Shown one piece after another: positions 37,332 to 50,900 of a stretch of 64,000 nucleotides of DNA. Within the stretch, counting starts at the first letter, position 1. Each line of letters opens with the position of its first letter. The stretch comes from Escherichia coli (GTDB taxonomy: Bacteria; Pseudomonadota; Gammaproteobacteria; Enterobacterales; Enterobacteriaceae). The notes under the pieces are model-generated. The model searched no databases and had not been told where the DNA came from. It worked only from the letters and a program-made list of their open reading frames with translations. The position numbers and the translations under genes were made by a program. The stretch lies in the NCBI RefSeq assembly GCF_044647545.1, contig NZ_CP172818.1; one strand, 5' to 3'.

Positions 37332-38957
37332 TCAACCCTGCCCTTCAGGGGTGGGGTTACCTTGCTTATCCTCAGTAAACTCCTTTCTTAGCATCACAAA
37401 ATCGAAAACATCATGGTTTGCATCTACAACCCGTGAGTCTCCTTTATAGTGTGCAATCACTTCCTCAAGCGTTTGCGGCTGTTCCGGCTTTGTTACCCCC
37501 ATCCACGCATTAATAAGGTAATTATTGTACGCAGTGGAAAAGATATCGTTTTCCGTTGTGCGATCCACGCCATCCCCAAGAACGGGGCTATACCAGATAA
37601 ACATCGGGACATGATATGCCTGCTGGCTGGCCTCCCTGCCTCCATGAAAATAGACGTTCTTCTTCGTAGGGTCGCGTTCCAGGCCGTGGTCGGCAAAATA
37701 CATGACCGAGGCGCGGCGATCTTTTAATAATTCAAAAACCTGACCTAGCAAACTATCTGTGTAATGAATGGAGTTGTCATAGCAGGCATCCTGATCGTCC
37801 TGCGGTTGAAACACGGCGCTGGATTGCGGATAGGCGCTACAAGCCGGTTCATGGCTTCCATTTAAATGAAGAACAATCAGTTTCTTTTGCTGCGTCTTTT
37901 GCTGTAACGCTTGCGATAAATGCGGCAACAACAATTCATCAAATCCTCTGACATAGACTGTTTCCATGGCGCGCATGGCGATACTGGTAACTGCTGTACC
38001 ATTCTGCCGAAAAGCGGATTGCGAGCTTAGCCAGAAAGTCTGAAATCCTGCTTGATTAGCCATATTAATAATGTTGTCCGGGTAATTATGAATGTCATGA
38101 CTCAAAACAGAATCAGCAGTTAAAGAAAGGGGAACCGACAGCGCAGTGTAAGGTGCACCGCTTATTGCTTGATTAAACAGTTTGATCTGTTTTCTTTGTG
38201 CTTCGACTTGCGGTGTCGTAGAGCGTGTGTATCCATACAAAGACATATTGTCGACACGTACAGACTCCCCCACAATCAACACGTAGGTATCAATACCTGT
38301 ATCCCTGACTGATAATTGAAAATACGGCACCGTGTTTGCAATTGAGAGTAATCTTTGATGCTCTTTCGCTGCTAAAGCAAAATAATTGAGATTGAAAAAC
38401 GGTGTATAGGTAGCAAATCGCGACGCTAGTATATATGGACTGAACGCTTTTTTATTTTTTGCATCTTTATAAGCAAATTGACAAGCGGAAAATAAACTGC
38501 CCGAAATGACAATCAGCAATAATATTCCTGTCACTTTTTTTGTCGGCAAGGAAACATCATATTTTATTATTACTGCCAAAAAAAGAAGGGATAAAAAAGC
38601 AAAAGCACATAGATAAGGGATATACATCCCCAGCATTTTCACAACTTCATCCGGATCACTCTGCAGCACACTAATCGCAAATCCATCATTGAAAGTTGTA
38701 CCAAAGGTACACCATGAATAGAGGCTAATACTCATGTCTGCCGCAGTCAGTAACACAAATGGTGCGGCAACAAGCAGGCGAAGCGGAAGGGATGATATAC
38801 GTTTAACAACCAGGATGGTCAGAACGAAAAACAGCAATCGCTGAACCATATGCGCTCCGGAAGAGGCGACTAAGTTCGTAATACCAAAAACAATAACACA
38901 AAGATACAACAACCAATGAGATTTAAAACTTCTAACAAATTTGTTGAATACTGTCAT
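37332..38957 (-). CDS. yhbX: YhbX, putative phosphoethanolamine transferase-like inner-membrane protein
   Basis: ATG at 38957, about 541 aa, sulfatase-like domain; the track ORF begins 11 codons upstream. Confidence 0.85.
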   Translation of the reverse strand: MTVFNKFVRSFKSHWLLYLCVIVFGITNLVASSGAHMVQRLLFFVLTILVVKRISSLPLRLLVAAPFVLLTAADMSISLYSWCTFGTTFNDGFAISVLQSDPDEVVKMLGMYIPYLCAFAFLSLLFLAVIIKYDVSLPTKKVTGILLLIVISGSLFSACQFAYKDAKNKKAFSPYILASRFATYTPFFNLNYFALAAKEHQRLLSIANTVPYFQLSVRDTGIDTYVLIVGESVRVDNMSLYGYTRSTTPQVEAQRKQIKLFNQAISGAPYTALSVPLSLTADSVLSHDIHNYPDNIINMANQAGFQTFWLSSQSAFRQNGTAVTSIAMRAMETVYVRGFDELLLPHLSQALQQKTQQKKLIVLHLNGSHEPACSAYPQSSAVFQPQDDQDACYDNSIHYTDSLLGQVFELLKDRRASVMYFADHGLERDPTKKNVYFHGGREASQQAYHVPMFIWYSPVLGDGVDRTTENDIFSTAYNNYLINAWMGVTKPEQPQTLEEVIAHYKGDSRVVDANHDVFDFVMLRKEFTEDKQGNPTPEGQG

Positions 38958-39376
38958 CCAGAAATCCAAGTTCACAACCAATATAAACAATTATCAACAA
39001 TGTTCAATTTTATATCAGACATGTTTTTCAACTCTGATCCATATCAGACCGAAACACTGTTAGTTTTTTCTTTTTAAATGATGCGGCCATTGTTCTCAGT
39101 AATTAAATAACATTATCAATGCGTCTCTAAACATTACGCAGAACGTAGCCATCAGTAGTTATACTGACAGGAGCAGGATGGTTTATCGAGAAGTAAACAT
39201 ATCCGTATTCGTACCGGAACTGGAGTTGACACAATAAAGTGCCAATTATGTCAGCAGAAGGGAAAAGTTTATAACTAAGGCGTACCGGCACCATCGTTTC
39301 AAGGTACCAGCTACGAGTAAAGCAACTGGACGAGATACAGATACCTGACAACCATTCCTCAGACCAGGACCAAAAC

Positions 39377-39405
39377 GAAAAGAGACGCTTTTCAGCGTCT
39401 CTTTT
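39377..39405 (-). terminator. Rho-independent terminator downstream of leuU
   Basis: aaaagagacgcttttcagcgtctctttt perfect hairpin with flanking T-run. Confidence 0.7.
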
Positions 39406-39413
39406 CTGGAATT

Positions 39414-39500
39414 TGGTACCGAGGACGGGACTTGAACCCGTAAGCCCTATTGGGCACTACCACCTCAAGGTAGCGTGTCTACCAATTCCACCACCTCGGC
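39414..39500 (-). tRNA. leuU: tRNA-Leu (anticodon GAG)
   Basis: Minus-strand 87-nt sequence gccgaggtggtggaattggtagacacgctaccttgaggtggtagtgcccaatagggcttacgggttcaagtcccgtcctcggtacca. Confidence 0.95.
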
Positions 39501-39514
39501 ACGGATACTACTTT

Positions 39515-39847
39515 TTAGTTCGGGATATCGCTGGTCGGCTTAGCCGGAGCAGCTGGCTGAGTTTGTTCGGTTTTCGCCGGCGCACTCAGGTTTTCCCATT
39601 CGCTACCTTTATTGGTTTTATTGCTATTGATGTTACCCAGCACCAGACTGATGATGAAGAATAACGTTGCCAGCAGCGCCGTCATGCGGGTCATGAAGTT
39701 ACCAGAACCACTTGAACCAAACAGCGTAGCGGAAGCGCCTGCTCCGAAGGAGGCTCCCATATCAGCGCCTTTACCTTGCTGCAGCATGATCAGACCAACA
39801 AGGCCAATTGCCACAATAAGGAAAACTACTAAAAGAGCTTCGTACAT
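39515..39847 (-). CDS. secG: SecG preprotein translocase subunit
   Basis: ATG at 39847 (MYEALLVVFLIVAIGLVGLIMLQQGKG), 110 aa; the track ORF begins 16 codons upstream. Confidence 0.93.
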   Translation of the reverse strand: MYEALLVVFLIVAIGLVGLIMLQQGKGADMGASFGAGASATLFGSSGSGNFMTRMTALLATLFFIISLVLGNINSNKTNKGSEWENLSAPAKTEQTQPAAPAKPTSDIPN

Positions 39848-40029
39848 AATCAACCTGTTCCTTGCGGAGTTGCCGCGTACCAATGCTTCAACCAATAAAG
39901 CGGGAGTTTTTAATCTTTCCCACTGAAGCGGGTGTGAATACTAACCAAAGCGAATGACCTTCGCAAGGGCAATTTTATCGCATTGTATCAACTGCGGAAA
40001 AAAACAGCAAAACCGATGTATTCGCCGAG

Positions 40030-40056
40030 AAAAAAGGCGACAATCGCCGCCTTTTT
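40030..40056 (-). terminator. Rho-independent terminator downstream of glmM
   Basis: aaaaaaggcgacaatcgccgccttttt hairpin. Confidence 0.6.
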
Positions 40057-40074
40057 AGCCAGTTATCTAACGCT

Positions 40075-41412
40075 TTAAACGGCTTTTACTGCATCGGCGA
40101 TGCGGTGTGCAAATTCAGTCACCTGCGCTTCGTCTTCGCCTTCCACCATCACGCGAATTAACGGTTCGGTGCCGGATTTACGCAACAGCACACGTCCACG
40201 GCTACCCAGCGCCGCTTCAACTTCTGCAGTCACAGCTTTGACTGATTCATGCTCCAGCGGATCGCCGCTACCTGCGGTGTAACGCACGTTTACCAGGATT
40301 TGCGGGAACATTTTCATGCCGCTGCAAAGGTCGTGCAGGCTCATATGGTTACGCGCCATCGCCGCCAGCACCTGCAAACCAGCAACGATGCCGTCACCGG
40401 TAGTGGTTTTATCCAGCAGGATCACATGACCGGAGTTCTCTGCACCGATACGCCAGCCTTTCTCCTGCATTTTTTCCAGTACGTAGCGGTCACCCACTTT
40501 CGCGCGCGCAAATGGAATACCTAACTGTTTCAGCGCCAGTTCAAGCCCCATGTTGCTCATCAATGTACCCACAGCACCTCCACGCAGCTGGCCCTGACGA
40601 AGACCCTCACGCGCGATGATATACATGATCTGATCGCCATCGACTTTATTGCCTTCATGGTCAACCATAATCACGCGATCGCCGTCGCCGTCGAAGGCAA
40701 TACCGAGATCCGCTTTTTCAGCCAGCACACGAGCCTGGAGCGCGCGAACGTCGGTAGCCCCCACTTCGGCATTGATGTTTACACCGTTTGGCTCACAACC
40801 GATAGCGATAACGTTCGCCCCCAGTTCACGCAGCACGTTCGGCGCGATGTGGTAAGTCGCACCGTTTGCACAATCCACCACAATCTTCAGTTCACTGAGG
40901 CTAAGTTCGTTCGGGAACGTGGCTTTGCAAAACTCGATATAGCGACCCGCAGCATCAACGATACGGCTGGCTTTACCCAGTTCTGCCGAATCAACACAGC
41001 TGATCTCTTTTTCCATTTCCGCTTCGATGGCCTCTTCTACTGCATCCGGTAGTTTGGTGCCGTCGATAGAGAAAAATTTAATGCCATTATCGTAGAACGG
41101 GTTATGCGATGCAGATATCACAATTCCGGCCTCTGCGCGGAAGGTACGCGTCAGATAAGCCACGGCCGGTGTTGGCATCGGACCAGTGAAGAGTGCGGAA
41201 AGGCCCGCAGCCGCCAGACCCGCTTCCAGTGCTGACTCCAGCATATAGCCAGAAATACGCGTGTCTTTACCAATAATGATCTTACGGGAGCCGTGGCGCG
41301 CCAGCACTTTACCCGCGGCCCAACCCAGCTTAAGCACAAAATCAGGTGTGATCGGCGCATCCCCTACACGACCACGAATCCCATCGGTACCGAAATATTT
41401 ACGATTACTCAT
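40075..41412 (-). CDS. glmM: Phosphoglucosamine mutase
   Basis: 445-aa ORF. Confidence 0.95.
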   Translation of the reverse strand: MSNRKYFGTDGIRGRVGDAPITPDFVLKLGWAAGKVLARHGSRKIIIGKDTRISGYMLESALEAGLAAAGLSALFTGPMPTPAVAYLTRTFRAEAGIVISASHNPFYDNGIKFFSIDGTKLPDAVEEAIEAEMEKEISCVDSAELGKASRIVDAAGRYIEFCKATFPNELSLSELKIVVDCANGATYHIAPNVLRELGANVIAIGCEPNGVNINAEVGATDVRALQARVLAEKADLGIAFDGDGDRVIMVDHEGNKVDGDQIMYIIAREGLRQGQLRGGAVGTLMSNMGLELALKQLGIPFARAKVGDRYVLEKMQEKGWRIGAENSGHVILLDKTTTGDGIVAGLQVLAAMARNHMSLHDLCSGMKMFPQILVNVRYTAGSGDPLEHESVKAVTAEVEAALGSRGRVLLRKSGTEPLIRVMVEGEDEAQVTEFAHRIADAVKAV

Positions 41413-42253
41413 AGCGTTTGTTTTCCTTTGCAGACAGAGTGGCTTCCACCACCCGCATCGCTTCTACGGTTTCTTTGACGTCATGAACACGAATGATGTG
41501 CGCGCCTTGCATTGCGGCAATGACCGCACAGGCCAGACTACCGCTCAGGCGCTCGGACGGCCCCACGTTCAGCAGCTGCCCAATCATCGATTTTCGTGAC
41601 ATACCCACCAACAGCGGCAGGTTGAAATGGTGAAATTCAGCCAGGCGCGCCAGTAATGAATAGTTATGGGAGAGATTTTTACCGAAACCGAATCCGGGGT
41701 CGAGCAACAATTTCTCTTTTGCGATACCCGCCTGCTCGCAACGTGCTATTTGCTCAATAAAGTAGCGATTCACTTCTGCAAAGACATCGTCATACTTCGG
41801 CGCTTCCTGCATGGTTTTTGGATTTCCCTGCATATGCATCAGACAAACCGGTAAACCGGTTTCTGCAGCCGCCTCCAGAGCGCCAGGTTCGGAAAGGGAG
41901 CGGATATCGTTAATAATGTGAGCGCCAACTTTCGCTGACTCACGGATGACTTCTGGTTTGGATGTATCTACCGAGATCCAGACTTCGAAGCGTTGAGCAA
42001 TTGCCTCAACCACAGGAATAACACGTTGCAACTCTTCTTCAACGCTAACTTCCGCCGCTCCTGGGCGCGTGGACTCGCCACCAACGTCAATGATCGTCGC
42101 GCCAGCGTTGATCATCAGATTCGCATGTTTCACCGCATCTATCAGCGAGTTATGCGTGCCGCCATCCGAAAAGGAATCAGGCGTGACGTTGAGGATCCCC
42201 ATTACGTGAGGATGGCTAAGGTCCAGTGAAGTGCCCTGGGCAAAGAGTTTCAT
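41405..42253 (-). CDS. folP: Dihydropteroate synthase
   Basis: ATG at 42253 ([32 protein letters not shown]), 282 aa; overlaps the glmM start by 8 nt. Confidence 0.93.
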
Positions 42254-42342
42254 GGTGTTATCCCTGGTATGAATTGATAAGAAAAAACCCCGGAGCACGC
42301 CCCGGGGTTTTCGGTACAAATACAGTCATCTGATGCGGGAAC

Positions 42343-44277
42343 TTACTTGTCGCCTAACTGCTCTGACATGGTGTTACCCGGGTTCGGCGTACGCGGTTCA
42401 TCAACCGGACGTGGAGCCTTTGGACTACCATTGTCGCCAGAATTGTTAGAAGCGCCTGGTTCTTCCCAGCCCGCTGGCGGACGTACATCGCGACGTGCCA
42501 TCAGGTCATCAATCTGCGGTGCGTCGATAGTCTCATATTTCATGAGAGCATCTTTCATCGCATGCAGAATATCCATATTGTCGGTCAGAAGCTGACGCGC
42601 ACGATTATAGTTACGCTCAATCAGTGCTTTCACTTCCTGGTCGATGATACGTGCAGTTTCATCGGACATATGTTTCGCTTTCGCTACGCTACGGCCGAGG
42701 AACACTTCACCTTCTTCTTCCGCGTACAGCAGTGGACCCAATTTCTCAGAGAAGCCCCACTGAGTCACCATGTTACGTGCCAGGTTGGTCGCAACTTTAA
42801 TATCGTTGGACGCACCGGTAGAAACATGTTCCGGCCCGTAGATGATCTCTTCTGCCAGACGACCACCGTACAGCGTAGAAATCTGGCTTTCCAGTTTCTG
42901 ACGGCTGGCGCTGATTGCGTCGCCCTCAGGCAAGAAGAAAGTCACACCCAGCGCACGACCGCGTGGGATAATCGTCACTTTGTGCACCGGATCGTGTTCC
43001 GGCACCAGGCGACCGATAATCGCGTGACCCGCTTCGTGGTAAGCCGTCGATTCTTTCTGCGCTTCCGTCATCACCATGGAGCGACGTTCCGCACCCATCA
43101 TGATTTTGTCTTTCGCTTTCTCGAACTCAACCATCGACACAACGCGTTTGTTGCCACGAGCAGCGAACAGTGCCGCTTCGTTTACCAGGTTCGCCAGGTC
43201 AGCACCGGAGAAACCAGGAGTACCACGGGCAATGATTGCCGCGTCGATATCGGGTGCCAAAGGTACGCGACGCATGTGAACTTTCAGGATCTGCTCACGA
43301 CCACGAACATCTGGCAAGCCAACCACAACCTGACGGTCGAAACGGCCTGGACGCAGCAGGGCCGGGTCAAGAACGTCCGGACGGTTAGTCGCGGCGATAA
43401 CGATGATACCTTCGTTACCTTCGAAGCCATCCATCTCAACCAGCATCTGGTTCAAAGTCTGTTCACGTTCATCGTGACCACCGCCCAGACCTGCGCCACG
43501 CTGGCGGCCTACGGCGTCGATTTCATCGATAAAGATGATGCACGGTGCCGCTTTCTTCGCCTGTTCGAACATATCACGAACACGGGATGCACCCACACCG
43601 ACGAACATTTCTACGAAGTCAGAACCGGAGATAGTAAAGAACGGAACTTTTGCTTCGCCTGCAATCGCTTTCGCCAGCAGCGTTTTACCGGTACCCGGAG
43701 GACCGACCATCAGGACGCCTTTCGGGATCTTACCGCCGAGTTTCTGGAAGCGGCTCGGCTCGCGCAGATACTCAACCAGTTCAGCAACTTCTTCTTTTGC
43801 TTCGTCGCAGCCCGCAACGTCAGCAAAGGTCGTTTTGATCTGATCTTCCGTCAGCATGCGCGCTTTGCTCTTACCAAACGACATGGCACCTTTGCCACCG
43901 CCGCCCTGCATTTGACGCATGAAGAAGATCCAGACACCAATCAGCAACAGCATCGGGAACCAGGAGATGAAGATAGAAGCCAGCAGACTTGGTTCTTCAG
44001 GCGGTTCACCGACAACCTTGACGTTCTTGGTCAACAGGTTATCCAGTAATTTCGGATCCTGAACCGGAATGTAAGTGGTATAACGGTTACTATCTTTCTT
44101 GGTAACGTTGATTTCACGTCCGTTGATACGCGCTTCACGAACCTGGTCGTTATTGACCTCTTGTAGGAAGGTAGAGTAATCCACCTTACGGCCATTAGAC
44201 TCGCTGGGCCCAAAGCTCTGGAATACTGACATCAGCACAACGGCAATGACCAGCCAGAGTATTAGGTTTTTCGCCAT
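42343..44277 (-). CDS. ftsH: FtsH ATP-dependent zinc metalloprotease
   Basis: ATG at 44277 ([16 protein letters not shown]), 644 aa. Confidence 0.95.
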
Positions 44278-44376
44278 GTCACTCAAGGGATTAACCTCTT
44301 ATTACAACTGTGTTAAAAACAGCGTCAGGATACTCTATATCCAGCATCTTTCAAACTTTCGTCTGAAATCTCCCGG

Positions 44377-45006
44377 TTAGGGTTTACGCCCGGTCGCTAC
44401 AATATACACTTCCCGCGAACGTGCACGAGAAGAGTCCGGCTTACGAACTTTGACCTTCGTAAACAGGGAGCGAATTTCCCTTAGATACTCATCGAAACCT
44501 TCGCCCTGGAACACCTTCACAACAAAACTGCCACCTGGAGCTAATACATCACGACACATTTCTAGCGCCAGTTCCACCAGATACATGGCACGGGGGATAT
44601 CCACCGCCGGTGTTCCGCTCATGTTTGGTGCCATATCGGACATGACAACCTGGACTTTGCTGTCGCCAACGCGCTCCAGCAGTGCTTTCATCACCAGTTC
44701 ATCACGAAAATCGCCCTGAAGAAAGTCCACACCAACGATAGGATCCATAGGTAAAAGATCGCAAGCGATGATGCGGCCTTTGCCGCCAATTTGGGTGACC
44801 ACATATTGTGACCAACCACCCGGAGCAGCACCAAGGTCGACAACCGTCATTCCCGGTTTAAAGAGTTTGTCACTTTGCTGTATTTCATCAAGTTTAAACC
44901 AGGCACGGGAACGTAACCCCTTTTTCTGTGCCTGTTGAACATATTTATCGCTAAAGTGTTCCTGAAGCCAGCGGCTGGAGCTGGCAGAACGCTTCTTACC
45001 TGTCAT
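44377..45006 (-). CDS. rlmE: RlmE (RrmJ/FtsJ) 23S rRNA U2552 2'-O-methyltransferase
   Basis: 209-aa ORF. Confidence 0.95.
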
Positions 45007-45072
45007 TTAACTTTCCCATTGGGATAACTCATCGTAACCAATTGCGTAAATTTTTACGCGCCTATTTGGTGA

Positions 45073-45108
45073 TATATGGGAGATGGCGGTAGAATGACCC
45101 GTTTTCAA
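45073..45108 (-). promoter_or_regulatory. Putative sigma32 heat-shock promoter of rlmE-ftsH
   Basis: Minus strand ttgaaaacgggtcattctaccgccatctcccatata resembles CTTGAAA-N(13-17)-CCCCATNT. Confidence 0.45.
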
Positions 45109-45131
45109 TCCCAACGTAAGCAAAAAATACG

Positions 45132-45425
45132 ATGAATCTGAGTACTAAACAAAAACAGCACCTGAAAGGTCTGGCACATCCGCTCAAGCCAGTTGTTCTG
45201 CTTGGCAGTAATGGTTTGACCGAAGGGGTGCTGGCCGAGATTGAACAAGCGTTAGAGCACCATGAACTCATCAAGGTGAAAATCGCCACCGAAGATCGCG
45301 AAACTAAAACCTTGATCGTGGAAGCTATCGTGCGCGAAACCGGCGCCTGTAATGTACAGGTCATCGGTAAAACGCTGGTGCTTTATCGCCCAACTAAAGA
45401 ACGTAAAATCTCGCTGCCACGCTAA
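45132..45425 (+). CDS. yhbY: YhbY, CRS1/YhbY-domain RNA-binding protein
   Basis: 97-aa ORF. Confidence 0.92.
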   Translation: MNLSTKQKQHLKGLAHPLKPVVLLGSNGLTEGVLAEIEQALEHHELIKVKIATEDRETKTLIVEAIVRETGACNVQVIGKTLVLYRPTKERKISLPR

Positions 45426-45503
45426 GATTATCCTAAAGTTACACACATTTGCTGTGTAAAACGAGGGGTTTTCCGCAGGCAGGAGAGCAAAATGCCACGC
45501 TCT

Positions 45504-45527
45504 GTTCGTTGATAAAAGGCCGCATAG
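45504..45527. terminator. Bidirectional terminator hairpin between convergent yhbY and greA
   Basis: aaaaggccgcatagcggcctttttcc. Confidence 0.6.
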
Positions 45528-45580
45528 CGGCCTTTTTCCTTTCTTTACAATACATCAACATCTTGAGTATTGGGTAATTC

Positions 45581-46057
<477 letters not shown>

Positions 46058-46305
46058 TTGTTATACCTCTTGAATATTCCTGATGGGGCAAGTCTTCACC
46101 CACCCCGGCTGTTCGGCCTGCCCGGCATAACTCCTCACCGGGACCAGAAGCAAAAAAAATACCGACCCGGGTACAGGTCCCAGGTCAGCTACAATTCACA
46201 TTTTGATAGTCATTTTACCCTGAAGTTCCCGAAGGGTCATCGTTTACTTTATAGGGCGTTGCGCCGTAGTATGACGGCTCGATTCCAGGTTGTTAGCGCG
46301 AGATT

Positions 46306-47739
46306 ATGCGATTTTCCAGATTTATCATCGGATTGACCAGCTGTATAGCGTTCAGTGTTCAGGCCGCAAATGTTGATGAGTACATTACTCAACTCCCCGC
46401 TGGTGCCAACCTTGCCCTGATGGTGCAAAAAGTCGGCGCGTCGGCCCCCGCTATTGATTACCACAGTCAGCAGATGGCGCTGCCCGCCAGTACGCAGAAA
46501 GTGATTACTGCGCTGGCGGCGTTGATTCAACTCGGCCCCGATTTTCGTTTTACCACGACGCTTGAAACCAAAGGTAATGTGGAAAACGGTGTACTTAAGG
46601 GTGACTTAGTAGCGCGATTTGGTGCCGATCCGACGTTAAAACGTCAGGATATTCGCAATATGGTCGCGACTTTGAAAAAATCTGGCGTCAACCAAATCGA
46701 TGGCAATGTGTTGATAGATACCTCCATTTTCGCCAGCCACGATAAAGCCCCCGGCTGGCCATGGAATGACATGACACAATGCTTTAGCGCTCCGCCTGCC
46801 GCCGCCATAGTTGACCGCAACTGTTTCTCCGTCTCGCTCTATAGTGCCCCAAAACCTGGTGATATGGCTTTTATACGCGTGGCATCTTATTACCCCGTTA
46901 CGATGTTCAGCCAGGTACGCACCCTCCCCCGTGGTTCTGCCGAAGCGCAATACTGCGAGCTGGATGTGGTGCCAGGCGACCTGAACCGCTTTACGCTGAC
47001 CGGATGCCTGCCACAACGTTCTGAGCCGCTCCCGTTGGCTTTTGCCGTGCAGGATGGTGCCAGCTATGCTGGGGCAATTCTGAAAGATGAGTTAAAACAG
47101 GCAGGTATCACCTGGAGCGGAACACTGCTACGCCAGACTCAGGTTAACGAACCTGGAACGGTAGTTGCCAGTAAACAGTCGGCCCCGCTGCACGATCTGC
47201 TTAAGATTATGCTGAAAAAGTCGGACAACATGATTGCCGATACGGTTTTCCGCATGATCGGCCATGCGCGCTTCAATGTGCCTGGAACATGGCGGGCCGG
47301 GTCGGACGCCGTGCGTCAGATCCTGCGCCAGCAAGCCGGTGTCGATATTGGTAACACCATTATTGCCGATGGTTCAGGGCTTTCGCGGCATAACCTGATT
47401 GCCCCCGCCACCATGATGCAGGTGCTGCAATACATTGCCCAACACGACAATGAACTTAACTTTATCTCTATGCTGCCGCTGGCGGGCTATGACGGCTCTT
47501 TGCAGTACCGTGCAGGTCTGCATCAGGCGGGCGTGGATGGCAAAGTCTCAGCGAAAACCGGCTCGTTGCAGGGGGTATATAACCTGGCGGGATTCATTAC
47601 CACGGCGAGCGGGCAACGAATGGCGTTTGTGCAATATCTTTCTGGCTATGCAGTAGAACCGGCGGATCAGCGTAATCGCCGTATTCCGTTAGTGCGTTTT
47701 GAAAGCCGTTTGTATAAAGATATTTATCAGAACAATTAG
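46306..47739 (+). CDS. dacB: DacB D-alanyl-D-alanine carboxypeptidase/endopeptidase (PBP4)
   Basis: 477-aa ORF with signal peptide. Confidence 0.93.
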   Translation: MRFSRFIIGLTSCIAFSVQAANVDEYITQLPAGANLALMVQKVGASAPAIDYHSQQMALPASTQKVITALAALIQLGPDFRFTTTLETKGNVENGVLKGDLVARFGADPTLKRQDIRNMVATLKKSGVNQIDGNVLIDTSIFASHDKAPGWPWNDMTQCFSAPPAAAIVDRNCFSVSLYSAPKPGDMAFIRVASYYPVTMFSQVRTLPRGSAEAQYCELDVVPGDLNRFTLTGCLPQRSEPLPLAFAVQDGASYAGAILKDELKQAGITWSGTLLRQTQVNEPGTVVASKQSAPLHDLLKIMLKKSDNMIADTVFRMIGHARFNVPGTWRAGSDAVRQILRQQAGVDIGNTIIADGSGLSRHNLIAPATMMQVLQYIAQHDNELNFISMLPLAGYDGSLQYRAGLHQAGVDGKVSAKTGSLQGVYNLAGFITTASGQRMAFVQYLSGYAVEPADQRNRRIPLVRFESRLYKDIYQNN

Positions 47740-47749
47740 TCAAAAAGAA

Positions 47750-47770
47750 ACCCCGGCACATGGCCGGGGT
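47750..47770. terminator. Bidirectional terminator hairpin between convergent dacB and obgE
   Basis: aaaccccggcacatggccggggtg. Confidence 0.55.
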
Positions 47771-47772
47771 GA

Positions 47773-48960
<1,188 letters not shown>

Positions 48961-49926
48961 TCATTCGCCTGCGCGGGGTTGCGATACCACCGTTGTATGC
49001 TTACGTAATCCGCCCCAAATACGATGACCAATGGCGGAATACATCGCGCCCGCAACCACGACAAACGCACCGAGATAACCTAAAAGGTTTAACATCGGTC
49101 TGGCGAAGAAATCGGGCCAGGCCAGTGACAAAAGATCTGAAAAAAACAGCGTAAACAGTGGGGTGAGCGTGATGATCGCGCTCACCTGCGCTGCCTGCCA
49201 GCGAGCCATCGCTTCCGCCAGGGCGCCATATCCTACCAAGGTATTCAGTCCGCAAAAAATTAAACATGCGAGCTGCCAGTGGCTAAGCTGCGCTATCACT
49301 CCAGGCTTTGCCAGAGGGAAGAGCGCAATTGTACATAAAGTGTACAGTAAAAACAGGATCTGCGGTGAGGCCAGCCGACGCAATAAAACCTTTTGCGCCA
49401 CGCCATAACTCACCCACACCGTCGCCGCACCGACCCCAAAGATTACTCCCCAGGTGTAATCGGTGAGCTTTGTAAATATCTCGACCAGACTGGTGTTAAA
49501 AAACATCACCAGGCCGCTCAGGAGCATCAATGCCCCTACAACCTGAGTGCTGCGCATTTTCTCTTTCAGGATAAATACGCTGGCAACCATCATGCCAACT
49601 GGCGAGAGTTGCCCAATCACCTGCGAAGCGGTCGGACTCAGGTATTGCAAGGATGAGCTGAACAGGATGAAGTTCCCAAACAGCCCGGCGGTCGCCACTG
49701 CCAACAAAATCAACCAGCGTGGCTTACGAAACACGCGTAATGGCGGCAACCTCTTCTTCACCGCAAGAATGGCACCAAGGCCAATACTCGCCATCAAGAA
49801 ACGGTAAAACACGATTGTCGGAGGTTCCATCACCTCCAGCACCTGCTTCATTGCGATTGGCAACGCCCCCCAGCAAATTGCTGTGGTGAGCGCCAAAAGA
49901 ATGCCAATGCCTGCCTGCTGCTTCAT
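48961..49926 (-). CDS. yhbE: YhbE, EamA/DMT-family inner-membrane transporter
   Basis: 321-aa hydrophobic ORF. Confidence 0.9.
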   Translation of the reverse strand: MKQQAGIGILLALTTAICWGALPIAMKQVLEVMEPPTIVFYRFLMASIGLGAILAVKKRLPPLRVFRKPRWLILLAVATAGLFGNFILFSSSLQYLSPTASQVIGQLSPVGMMVASVFILKEKMRSTQVVGALMLLSGLVMFFNTSLVEIFTKLTDYTWGVIFGVGAATVWVSYGVAQKVLLRRLASPQILFLLYTLCTIALFPLAKPGVIAQLSHWQLACLIFCGLNTLVGYGALAEAMARWQAAQVSAIITLTPLFTLFFSDLLSLAWPDFFARPMLNLLGYLGAFVVVAGAMYSAIGHRIWGGLRKHTTVVSQPRAGE

Positions 49927-49997
49927 ACCGTATTCCCTGCAAAGCGCATTTGCGGATTAACGTCGCACCATGCGCATTTTTACCGGTTATCGAATGT

Positions 49998-50027
49998 AAA
50001 AAGCCCCGCAACGTGTTGCGGGGCTTT
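49998..50027 (-). terminator. Rho-independent terminator downstream of rpmA
   Basis: Minus strand gaaagccccgcaacacgttgcggggcttttt. Confidence 0.6.
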
Positions 50028-50052
50028 CATCCGTTACCGGGACGCGAAAAAC

Positions 50053-50678
<626 letters not shown>

Positions 50679-50900
50679 TCAGAGTGCGCTATAAATATTC
50701 ACAATAGGGCGCGAATATTACGCAAAACGCACGCCTTTGACAAGTGCTACAGTCAATACACGAAGAAAAAAAACACAACTTGTACGGTAACGTTTATCTG
50801 TGCCATTTTTTCAGTACAATCACCCTATATTCCTAACCATAAACCCTAAGTTGCCTTTGTTCACAGTAAGGTAATCGGGGCGAAAAGCCCGGCTTTTGCG

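Noticed and set aside
39127-39351. 74-aa ORF in the yhbX-leuU spacer
   Set aside because: No RBS-like context and AT-rich composition typical of promoter DNA; probably non-coding. Kept only as a low-interest finding.
42562-44049. 495-aa plus-strand ORF antisense to ftsH
   Set aside because: Codon-aligned antisense artefact; the real gene is ftsH on the minus strand.
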